Assembly: GCF_052425735.1 (NCBI RefSeq)
Contig: NC_135759.1
Location: 22,444,001 to 22,508,000 of the forward strand
Source of the DNA: Oculina patagonica
Taxonomy: Eukaryota
Direction: 5' to 3'
DNA: 64,000 bases
The notes beneath the pieces are model-generated. The model was not told where the DNA came from and made no database searches. It was given only the letters and a program-made list of their open reading frames with translations. The first letter of the stretch is position 1, and every line of letters begins with the position of its first letter. Below are positions 38,810 to 50,600 of the stretch, one piece after another. The translations under genes were made by a program, and so were the position numbers.

Positions 38810-41800
38810 ATGACGGCAAATGGAAAGATAAATAAGAACAAAGTGATTCCTGTTCACCTGACGACTGAGGAAGATGGCATTGTTGAGGAAAACAAGGGAG
38901 CACAAGCCGGAGCGGTAGCCGCAGCTTCTACGTCCATGAACAGCGAGGAAACAGAAAGCCCTAGCGCTCAGAAAAAAATACGCATAGTGTCTCCGTTAAA
39001 ATCTGTAGGGCAGGCGAAGGTGAATGTATCAAAATGGAAGAAGTACGCTAGAAGAAGGGCCGATATTTTAGCATGGCGCGACTATCAAAAAGCGCGGATC
39101 GACTTCCCGACTATTCGCGAAAGTATGAGAGTAAACCATCACCGCATGAATGCGGCGCAGTTAAGCGACTTAGAAGAGCTAGTGGAAATAACTTCAATCC
39201 AGGAGAGACACAGAAAAGACGGTGGAGTCAGTGCAGTAAGCTCGCCTAGCAGAGCTTTGTTGTATTATTTTGCCAAGCTGGCCGCATCAACCCGCGAAGA
39301 GGAAGTGATTGACTTGGAGTTTGTGGAAACGCTTATTGAGAACGGTGCGTGCGTCAACACGGCGGATCGTCACGGGCAGACACTAATGCACGAGGCGGCA
39401 AGGCAGTGGGATACGTCGGTTGCTAAGCTACTACTTGAGCGAGGTAAGGGAGAAGTGTCTCGAATTCGGCACATGAAATAGGCCACCGACTAAAAGCGCA
39501 TGACGCGAAAAAATCTTAAGAGTAGCCATCTAGATCGGATCTGCGTATATATCTCTAGACAATTCAGTGCAAATTCACAAATTTTATTACAAGAATAATT
39601 GGTTTTGCAAATATCGTTAGATCTGATAACCAGTGGTTTAGAATAAAGTCAAACGCTAAAAATGGGATTTGTTTCTGTTTAGTCGCAATAAGATCACAAA
39701 TTTCCTATTGCTGGTGATTCTTTCGAATTCTAGTGAGAGTTCAAACGGAAAATGGTGTTGTGACCTGTTGTAGTATATCAAATTATGACAGTAAGTATCA
39801 AGGATATTCTAGTTTTATGCAAAAATTGCTATAGTTAGTGCACAAAGGTTATTTTTCACAAATGTATTGATATCAAATGGGTCAGTAAAATTACAATATA
39901 ATATTGTAAATAAAAACAACGATTCTGACGCTTTAAAAGCTAGTCACGTCTTTCATTCCTTATCTTGATTTTAATCATTTATTGAAATGGAAATGGAATT
40001 AAGCAACAAGATAAACTAAAAAATAGAAGGATATGAAAACCATTACCGCCAACTGTTTTTAATAAGCGTCGAGCAGCAAGCTATTGAAAAAATGTGTTGT
40101 GGCATTTCAGTTGGTCTGAAGGCCGCCAAAACGATTTTACATTAATTGTGTAAAAGAAAATAAAAATCAACATTTAATACAGGATTAGCTAGCATTTTTG
40201 ATACGTTAAACCAAGCGCAGAACCGCTCTGTAGAAATAAAAGAACTTTATAATTTCGAAGCTTATCGAAAAGTTCACAGTGGGGCAGATGTTCCGATACA
40301 AACTGTATATGACTTGCGTACATTGTCTTAGTCTAGCTTTTAATGACCTTTTTTATTGTAATACTCAGGCTGAGATTCGCTCGATATAAAAGCCATCATT
40401 TCACTTGCCTTTAGGCGCGATTTGAACTGTGCAAGAATTTAGATTTTTATTTTATTTTAGTGGTATAAGAGGTCTGTAGTTTGATTAAAAAATTTTATCG
40501 GGTGCGTTCTTAAGTAAATATTTATTGCGATGTTTTTATTGCTTTTTTAGTGATCTTAATTTTTTCACCTTATTTCCCATTTCCTAACTAAATTTTAATC
40601 TCAAGCAAGACTAAATTAATCATGTAAAGGCAGCCAGCTAAACGAAAACACATAATAGTCTTGAAAAACAAATTAGTAATTTTACGATGGGATGAAAACA
40701 TAATTTGCTTGCGACGCCAGATGTCTTCGTTCTCACGAACATTTTTCTAGAGCTCGGTAAAGAATCCGAGATTACAAAACGTTTCACAAGACTCTGTTCT
40801 TCGAAAGAAAACAAAATATTTCAATAAGAAACGAAAGATAGTTTATAAAATTCACAATGATCAGGTTTTGGAATAACTTGACTTAAGACGCTACTTCTTC
40901 ATTTGTTTTTTTAATATTCATTATGTGAAAAGAGGTGTGGCTGTTAGTGACTCAAGTTTATTAACGTCAACCTGATAAAACTGAAGATGCCAAGAAAATA
41001 TTTTAACAGAGAGCTTCATATACTGCTACACGAATTCAGCTTTAACAGCTCCTTATTAATATAAAGAGACATTTTCTCTCTCCACAAATTCTTATGCGGT
41101 TTTTGTTCAAAAATATGTACCTCTTTTGGTATCTCAGTTCAAGATTTTCTTTGTCGAGCCTAGTAGCCGTACGGATGCACTTTTTGGCACCGAAAAAAGA
41201 TAACAATCATCAGATATAACTAATGACAAAACACACGTATAACGAGTGTTGTATACAAGTTGTTTACACTGTTAAGGTCCTCTAATGGTTAAGAGAGTCA
41301 GTATCTCGTCGGTTCGTTTCATTAGTCAACCGTTCAGTCTTTAATTTCGCCTGGCTGCTGATTATTGAGTTCTCTATTAGAAATGAAAACAATGAAAAAA
41401 TGTTTATAGTCATTTTAAGTGCGTGTCATTTAATGCAAAAACCGCCTGGTTACTTTATTTGTTTTGCTTGGTAAGTTTCTGATAGACTCGTGCAAAACCG
41501 TAAAAAAATCATCTGGTTGGCTCATAAATGCAGTGAAAATCAAAGGGTTTATTAGTCACTGGGGTATATGAAGACTGCGAATCTGGATGAGAAAGGATCT
41601 GACTACTTGCAGTGTACGGCCCATGTTTCGGCCGGGTGCCCAGCCCTCTGCCAGTTTTGCAGCATTAAGTAGCAAGGAGTGCTCTATTCCCTTTAGACAG
41701 CGGGATGGTAGTCAATCACAGGTTAAAGGCATAGTCTCAAGCGTTTTGTCAACAATTCAGTCGCTTCTTGGGGACCTTTTTGTACACTGGGGTGGAGTTA

Positions 41801-44800
41801 TCCAACATCCTCTGACCTGACGCGCTATATATAGCATACGAACACACAAGCTTGCTTTTCCAATGATGCCATAAAGGGGTAAGGAAGTGCCGATCGCATG
41901 CTAGACGCCCCACATTACGCCGCGGACTCTTATGGTTTATTAAAAACTAGCAATTGTATATTGCAATTCCTGAGTTTAGATTGGTTAACAGGCAATGGTA
42001 TATGTGCTCATCATTGCCACTCGCACTTGTTGGATATGAGATCGTTATAGCCAATTCGGCGTTACGCGCCTCGTTGGCTATCTACCGCCTCATATCCAAC
42101 GCGCACTCGTGGAAAAATTGTTAAATATACCTAATGGTCCTTTTATCTTCCACAGGAGCATCTGTCAATCAGGCTGACAAATACGGCCGCACCCCGCTGC
42201 ACGTGGCGGCTGCAGTGGATTATCCAGAAATGGTGCAGTTCCTGGTACAGCGAGGGGCAGACCTCCACGCCAAGACAGGCAAGGAGCTTCAGACACCCAT
42301 ACACTTCGCTGCACGAAACGACGCAAGTAACTCACTGAAGATGCTGATGAAATGTGGCGGTGATATAACAGATCAGGATTTCAAAAAGAGAACGCCTCTT
42401 CAGGTTTGGCTGTTTGTGCTCAACAAAAAGGCACAGCCGTAAGCTGTATCTTTTTTTTTTACAAATCTACGAGACTAATGAAAACAGTAGCCAAAGTGCA
42501 TTCGTGCTAAATTTCGTTTCCATATAAATACCCTTCTTGCAAATTCGATGGTCCATGGCCCAGTTGCTTTGATGCCCCATCTTGAATTTCACGCCGAAAG
42601 TCCTATATGACTAGCTAGATGACACGGGTCAAGATCAAAATTCGAAGAAAGAAACTTTCGGTTTATGTACTTGAGTCCTGTATGTAGCTAGCTTACTCAC
42701 TAGGTATTGAGAACATGGTCACGGTATTAGAAAATCGTTTGGGAAGGTGAAAACGCAAGAGACCAGTAGAATGTAGATATTAAAGACCCGATCACCATTG
42801 TACGTTACCTTTAGCTTGACATGAACCAATCCGGTAGGGCAGTTGCTTAAACATAAACCAAAAAAAATAAAAAAACGAAAGACAGATTATATAATAATTT
42901 CACTTACCATTTACACTTTAACGTATAACTGCAGGTAGAGTCGTCAGTCGTTTCAATAACTTGCCAGCCGAGCCACTTTTTAAAATATAATTTCTTGTAC
43001 TGGAAAAGATAGAATAAGGTTTTCAAAAGCAGTCGGTCAGGAGTTTTTACTTCATTAACCACACAAAAAAGATAAATTATTCCAAGGTAACTTGTTATGT
43101 ACTGCCCATTCAGGTTGCCGCGGAGTTGGATCGTTCTGAAACTGCGAGGTTTCTGATTGAGCGGGCAGCGGAAGCCAGTGTGGCTGATGACAGCGGCATG
43201 ACAGCTCTTGTCATGATGATCAGCAAAATGCCAAGTGTGGTAGGCGAAATTAACGTTAACTGTGAAACAACATCCTTTCTACAGTCCTGTCGGGGGACAA
43301 AGTGTTGCCTTCTTGGGTAAGACACACCGTCGTAATGCCCTTCTTCACCCAGAAGTATAAATGGGTTCCCGCGAACTGCTAGGTCCACTAGAGCAACCTG
43401 ACAGAATTTTAATTCTGGCTGGGAGTAACCTGCGTTGGACTAGCATTCCATCCAGGGGGGGGGGGGGGGGGAGAGTAGCAATACTGCTAGGACTCCTAGT
43501 GGTTTCATGCTACAGAAACTGAAGTTAAGCGCTGGTATTTGTGAGCCACCAGTCACGTAAAGAATTACCTTTCTACCTTAATTCCCTCGACAGTCAAACT
43601 GTGTTAATAAGAAAATAGAAAAGATAAACCCGAATGTCAGTAGTATGTGTAGGTACCCTTAACGAAGAAGTAAAGTTTGTAATAACTTTGGTCTCTTCGA
43701 GAACGAGTAAGTTGCCCGTATGGTGTCCGTGGAAATAGAAATAAGGAAAGGAAATAGAATAAGGAATAAGGAAATAGAAAAGATAAACCCGAATGTCAAT
43801 AGTATGCTTAGGTACCCTTAACGAAGAAGTAAAGTTTGTAATAATTTTGGTCTCTTCAAGAACAAGTAAGTTGTACGATGGTGACCGTGATTATAGTTTT
43901 GAAAGTACAATACTTTGTCTTATGAAAGTTCATAAGACAAATACCTTAAGTATAGCTCGATGTTTAAGATTATTTTTTTTACCTTGTAGGCTAAAGAATC
44001 ACTAAATCAGTTCTACTCCACTGACCGAGCAAACAGAAAACAATACTTCTACCTAAACTACCTTGAGCCCCCAGTACCGAGCTGCATGAGCAGCGGATGC
44101 GCCAAGACAGCACTGGAGGTCATTGTGCAACTCAAGCAGTTCGATTTGATTATGCACCCAGTCATACAAAGACTAATCGCGGTCAAGTGGAATTACTTTG
44201 GAAGGCGAGGCGCCTGGATCCAAGTCATAACAAATCTGTTTTTCGTGTTAGTCTGGACTATACTCGGCGTCACCATACCAAATAAGGCAAATGAACTTTA
44301 TAATCCTATCGAAGAGAAGTGGTGGAGGCTTGTGCTGAGCATCATAGCCGTTTTGATGACGCTGAACTTCATCAGGCAAGAAATCATGGAATACTTCTCG
44401 TCGAAAAGAGAACACAGACTTTGGGTAAAATGGCGGGAAGAGAAACTGCGCAGCGATTTGGAGTTCTGTCATCCGAGGTGGCCTGGGGAGAGGTTGTACT
44501 TGATGCAGGAGATTGACTCGTTACATCATCAAGAGCCTTCTTACCTTAAAGATGCCTGGAACTTTGTCGACTGGCTGGCTTATTTCATGATTCTTGCTAC
44601 CATAGCAACGAATTTGATAGCCTATTTCCATGGCGACTCGCTGGCATTGTCCACGCACGTGAATGTTCTGTCTGCAACACTTGTGGTACTCTGGATTCGT
44701 CTCATGAAATATGCGCGCGCATTCACCGCCCTGGGACCCTTTGTAGTCATGCTTGGTCACGTGATCTATGACGTGCTCAAATTCGGGTTTCTGTTCTTTA

Positions 44801-45477
44801 CATTTTACATTCCGTACGCGGCGTCTTTTTGGATGGTGTTCAGCAAACATGAGGTCGAGGGTTACTCCGCCATTACAGATCTACTCTACAGCATGTTTAG
44901 GATGACTGTTGTGGATGAGTACAACTATGATGGGCTCTCCAAAGAAAAACCAATCATGGCTAAGGTACTTTGTGGCACGTACATTGCACTCTCAGGGGTG
45001 ATATGCTTGAATCTTTTTATCGCCCTGATGTCGGACACTTTTCAAAGGGTTTATGACAATGTCAAGGCGAACGCCGTCATGCAACAAGCCAGTACCATAC
45101 TGACTTTGGAGAAAAACTTGTCGATTGCCAAACGGCGCGCGTTCACGAATTACATCTACACGCGCTGTAACCCTGAGGAACTATACTACGATGATGATTC
45201 GTCAGAGGGGGAGGAGAAAGATTTACAAAGAATGACGCATCAAATTAAGGAGCAGGTCGATCACATTTACTTGCACATAAACGAGCAAGATAATGAACGG
45301 AAAAGGAAAGGCACTGCTTCGACCAATGATATCCACAAACTGCGTGAAGATTTGAAGAAATTGGAACAACAGCAACGAGCCCTGACGGCGCAGTTTCACA
45401 ATCAGATAGGAGAAGTGAAAGACATGTTGGGGGATGTTATGCATACATTAGGCAAACGAAAAAAGAAGAAACATTGA
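38810..45477 (+). CDS. Ankyrin-repeat TRP cation channel (TRPV-like, possibly TRPVL clade), paralog A, about 831 aa
   Basis: Exons 38810-39443, 42156-42403, 43114-43239, 43990-45477. Ankyrin repeats (GQTLMHEAA, GRTPLHVAA, QTPIHFAA), 6TM domain, S4-S5 GPFVVML, pore MFRMTVVDEY, S6 NLFIALMSDTFQRV, C-terminal coiled coil. Confidence 0.92.
43280..43550 (+). mobile_element. SINE family 1 copy, 5'-truncated
   Basis: cttgggtaagacac...gtataaatggg...ggactagcattccatccagggg...catgctacagaaac. Confidence 0.65.
43609..43873. repeat. Direct duplication of about 105 bp in TRP A intron 3
   Basis: aaatagaaaagataaacccgaatgtca...gtaagttg at about 43609-43714 and 43769-43873. Confidence 0.8.
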
Positions 45478-47609
45478 ACAACTCTTTATTATAAACTGCC
45501 AAGAAAAAAGGCGATGCAAACAAGACGATTTTTAACGAGATCTTTAAACAGCGATTAGTATAATGCATGTTGCACGAGGCAAATTTTAACGCCACATTTT
45601 TGCGGCAAAGCAGTTTGTTGCGGCAACACGTTGCAGTTTTTTGAAAGTAATTCAAAAACCTGAAACACTGATGCCTTAACTGTTGTAGTGATTTCGTACA
45701 AGCGCAACATGCAACGTTGCATTGAAAATCGTCGTTGAAAATCATCACGTGTAACGTCGCCTTTAAGCGGTTATCCTTTACTGCCAAAGCAGACATGCGA
45801 AGAGACTATGAACTCTTCGACTAAGGGTTTTTTTTATTGATGCACCATAAATTTCTCAGTGCTTCTCTTAAAAGCTAGGAAGCTTCAAGTGGGCTAATTA
45901 TCGTGATCAAGAGATGAATTATCATAATATGCAATGCAGTTAACTCAAGGATTCCACATTCGCTATTACTGGTCAAGTCAAGTCAAGTCACACAGATCCC
46001 AATGCTATCAAAATACTATATTTGAATCTAGGGCAGCAAGCATTTACTACAACAAAGCCCTATTTTGCGTGATTTTGTACACGGCCTTTGAAAAAGGATA
46101 TGGAGAGAGTGTAAATGCCTAAGTTGGGCTGGGTCGAGGGGGGGGGGGATGCGGGGAGAAGTATTTTTACTTGCGACTATCGGCAATGATTTTGCGCTCG
46201 TAGTTTTATCCGTGTTGTTATATGCGTGGAGAATATTGAGTAAAAGTGAATAAAGTGTTGATATATACTGGTAAAGCACAAAAACATATTTTGCTGTTGA
46301 GAGATGAATTTATTCAGCCATTATAACTTGATAGTTAAGTTTCACATCGTGGCTGTTTAGTAGCAATTATTTACTTCAGGTAGCTTAAAAACAGAAAATC
46401 CTCTGAGACAAACCCATCAAATTTCAGGCGTCAGGCTATAGCAACAAGATTCCCAGCACGTGTTATGAGCAATGCTTGTGCTGTCGAACACTTGATTGTT
46501 TCAGATTGTTTTTGATGACAAGGATTGCACTTTGAATGTTTTTTTTACGGGGGTATTTAACTTTCACTTTGATGGGATTCTTTCAGAGGATCTTTCTCTT
46601 CGCCAGCTTAGTATAAAATGCCGGACCTCTGTTTATACAAATGCTGTTATGCATTTTATATGGGAATAAAATAATCTGATTATTTACAACGCGTGAGTGA
46701 TTTCTTACGATATCCCGAACGAGAATTTTTATGTTGGCATTGGGGGTCACAAAATTAATATAGTACTGTATTTTCTTCTGTCTTTTCTATACATAACACT
46801 GTATGAAAAGTACTTTATTTTATTATTTTTGGGTTTTTTTGGTTTGGTGTTTTTTTGGTTTTTTTTTTTGTAGTAGCGTCCCTCGTTAGCTAGACTGCAA
46901 GTAGTCCCTTTTTCGTCTCTCGTGTAACGAAAAAAACAAAGCGCATGTGGAAAATTGGCCACGCAAAATCTGTGGAATGGACGCACGTCTTCCCGGAAGG
47001 TTTGGCGCGGCCATTTTCTACTCGCGATTTTTATAATTTCGCTTTTCGCTCGATGGACTACCGGGAAAAGTGGCTGTTATTTGTCTACTTATTAGCCTGG
47101 ACTTCGAGTGGATTAAAGACGATGATATACTGGATATATATCATTTTCTTTTGTGGGGTGAAATAATCTCATGTCCTTGATACTCCTTCCAAAAACCCCG
47201 CTCCACCTTGTCTTGGTCGAATGGTTACAAAACACGTAATTCTAATTCATCCGTTTTTAAAACTTTAAAAAGTCTAAAAATGATTATTTTCACGCGCGAA
47301 AGCAACCAAGACGCCCGTGAAATTTCAATAGAAAAAGATTATTTCTGCGACCTTTGTAATGGATATAATTTTAGGCAGAAACATTCTGCCCTGTGTGGGT
47401 ACACTTGTAGAGATGTGCCTTAAAAAATTTCCGTGAGCTGCGCTTACGGCTGACTCAATGAACACGGGAAAAGTGGATGTTTGTAAAATCACGAATTTGT
47501 TGCGTTGCGAACGGCATTACCCAAAAAGGCAACGTCCTTACTCGGTTTGATAAGAGCCGAGTTGTAATAGCGAATGCATTTACATTATATTACTTGCTAT
47601 ATATATAAC

Positions 47610-50600
47610 TTAGTCAACTTTGCCGTGATCTGTTTCGTGCTCTTCATGATCAGCGGCCTCTTCAGCAGCCTTTGCCAAATTTTCTTTCAACCTGGCGATA
47701 TACTCTTCTCGGGCCCTTTGACCAGACATGTCGATTGTTCTTTTGCGCTGCCTGGTAATTGTCGAATCTCCTTCAATACTTTCCAAATCAGGGGCCTTTT
47801 CTTCGGCGCCAGTGCTTTTATGCGTGGATATCCCTGCCGCTTTCACCACTTCTCTGTTTGCCTCAACGATCTGAAACCCACCCAGGCCGCTCGATTTAGA
47901 TTTGGGTCTCGGACTCGGTCTTCTTTCTTTTTTCTCCTTGAGGCCCTCTTTGCTTTTGTCATCTTCGGAACTGACTATAAACGCTTCCAGTTCTTCAACT
48001 CTAGCCGTAATGTACTGTTCATACTGATCGTATCTCGCGTCAACGTCTTTGAACTCGATTTGCAATTGATCAAACCTTGCGCAAAAGTTGCTCTCTAAGG
48101 CGCTGTTTCTTAATTTAGCCTCCGTCTCGAGATTTTCAAGTCCTGAATCGATGCCGCGCGCAAGACTTCCAACCTTTTCCTCCATGTCAGTCTTAAAGTT
48201 TGTCACGTTCGTATTGATACCAGTTATCGCTGACATCTGTTCTTCTCCATGCCTTACTAGCTTTGCAATTTCTTCATAGATGATGGCATTAAGACTTCCA
48301 ATCTCTTCCAACCGAACGTGAAGACGATCCATGGATTTTTGCATGTTACTCTGTGAATGTTTCAAGAGCTCGATGTCTTCCAGCACCGTGTCAAACTCGC
48401 TTTTCTGTACTTTTCCAAACTTTTTGCCACCAAGACGATCACTGACAATGTTGTGGACCAAAGCAATCTTCTCTTTCTGCTTCCTATTTTGATCCTCTTC
48501 ATCAGATATGATGACCAGATAGTCGTTGCCCTCTGGACTGCACTTAGTGCGGATGTGTTCTCTGTAGCGCGCCACCTTCCTGTAAGAGGCATCGGACTCT
48601 AGGTCTTGCAACAGGCGCGCACGCTGCATGGCAGCCGTGGCGCGTGCGTTGTCATAAACACGTTGGAACGTGTTCGACAGCAGCGCAATGTACAAGTTCA
48701 TCAGAACAATTGCCGCGAGTATGAGAAACGATCCACACAGAACACGAGACATGACTGGAAACTGTTCCTCCAGTTCATCGAAACTGTAATTGTCTACGAG
48801 TGGGTAGCGCATGACTGTATAAACCAAGTGACCCACGTTGTCGTAACCCTTAACAGGTCGACCAGAACGGTCGCTAAACAACATCCAAAAGGCAGCCGCA
48901 TAAGGGATGTAAAACATGCCGATGACAAAGCCCCATCTCAAAGTGTCCCCAACGATGTTGTCCAGGATAACAACAAATGGACCTTGGCTGGGGAAAGGTC
49001 TGGCAAACTTGAGGAGGCGGACCCAGACTATGATTATAGTACAAGCAAAGATCCGTACGAAGATACCATTGTATAGATCGCTTTCGACGACGACATTGAT
49101 AATGTGGAGAATAATCACGATTATAAGCATAAGATATGCTACCCAGTCTAGATAATTCCACTTGTCTTGGAAGTATGTCTTCTTGCGTTCTTTGATCTGG
49201 CGAACCTGTTGCTTAACAAATGTCTTTTCTTGAGTCCATCTTGGATGACAGAATTCCAAATCGCGCTTGATCTCTTTCTTCCTCCAGCGAATAAACTTTT
49301 TGTTCTCTTCTCTGGACTGATAAATCTCTTTGATCTCCTTTCGGATTTCGTTGAACGTTAAAAAGACAACGGCAGCCTCTAGGGGTATTCTCCAGCCGTT
49401 CTTGTCTAGGGGGTAATAGTAATCATGCACGTCCTGGGGGTGCGTTAATCCAAGCGCAGTGTAAGCAAGAGCAAGTAAGACGTTCAGGAAGATTCCCTGC
49501 CACGCTCTCATGCCGAAAAATCCCCATTTCACTTCGATCAGCCGTTGGAATATCGGGTGCATGATGAGCTCGAAGCAGCTCATTTCCACAACTGCTTGCA
49601 AAGGTGATGTGTACATTGTGTGACGTTTGGTATCCGCATCGCACTGCTCCAAGAAGTTCAGATAATATCTCTGCTTGCGGTGTGATCTGTCTGTGATGTG
49701 GAACTGGTCTAGAGCTCGAAGTGCCTAAAATGTAAGGAAGTGGGTATTTATTAGTAAAAGCCTATAAAGCCCAGTCCCCTGGGCTTCCTCTCTTTGGTGA
49801 GCGCGCGAAAGGTGCGCAAGATCTTGGGACCAAAGTGGCGCTTTATACATTCGTGAAGTCAGATGTTAACGAGAAGGGCCGGGAAACCTAAATACTAGGC
49901 TATGAATGATACACAATTAAAGAACGTAAAATCCTTATGTAAAGTGAGAGAAGAATTACTCCAACTCCTTATGGTTTTTGCGGTGCTCTTACGAAAACAT
50001 GCAAAGAGGAAATAACTTAATAGAAAAGGGCCGCCGGGAAAAAATCCATTCTGCGTAGGGAGCTAAAACTTTGATGAAATGACACCCCACTCAAAGAGTA
50101 CCAATTATTGTATTCATTTAGTTGGTATAGGCGTCAAAGAACGAAACTCGAAACAAGTTTGACAACAAGCAAAGGCAACTTGGCACGCGGCTACGTGTTA
50201 TTTCTTATTTTCTTCGATTACTCAGACAAGCCACATTGAATTTCTATCCGTCTTTTTAGTGTTTTCCTCACTCACCACACTAGGCATTTTTGTGATCATC
50301 ACCGTAAGTGCTGCCATTCCGCTGTCATCCCTTGTCCCAGCAGAAGCGCCCGCCTCCAACAAAATTCTAGCACACTCGGCACTATTAGATTCAGCTGCGA
50401 GCTGTGAAGAAAACCCAAAGATCATTTGCTGCTTTCACTGACGCATTTCCAACCTTTCATGTTGGGAACTAGGAGTAGCCGTGTACAGACGTCACCTACA
50501 TCATTCTAACCTGCGATCAGGCGAAAAAGAACGCCTGCTCTCAGGTTAACTTCCTTCCTGCGTCGGGAATTAATTAACAATTATTCACCGAAGTGGAGTT

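Noticed and set aside
47574-49361. Antisense and alternative-frame ORFs over TRP B (and 44097-45444 over TRP A)
   Set aside because: Shadows of the real coding exons
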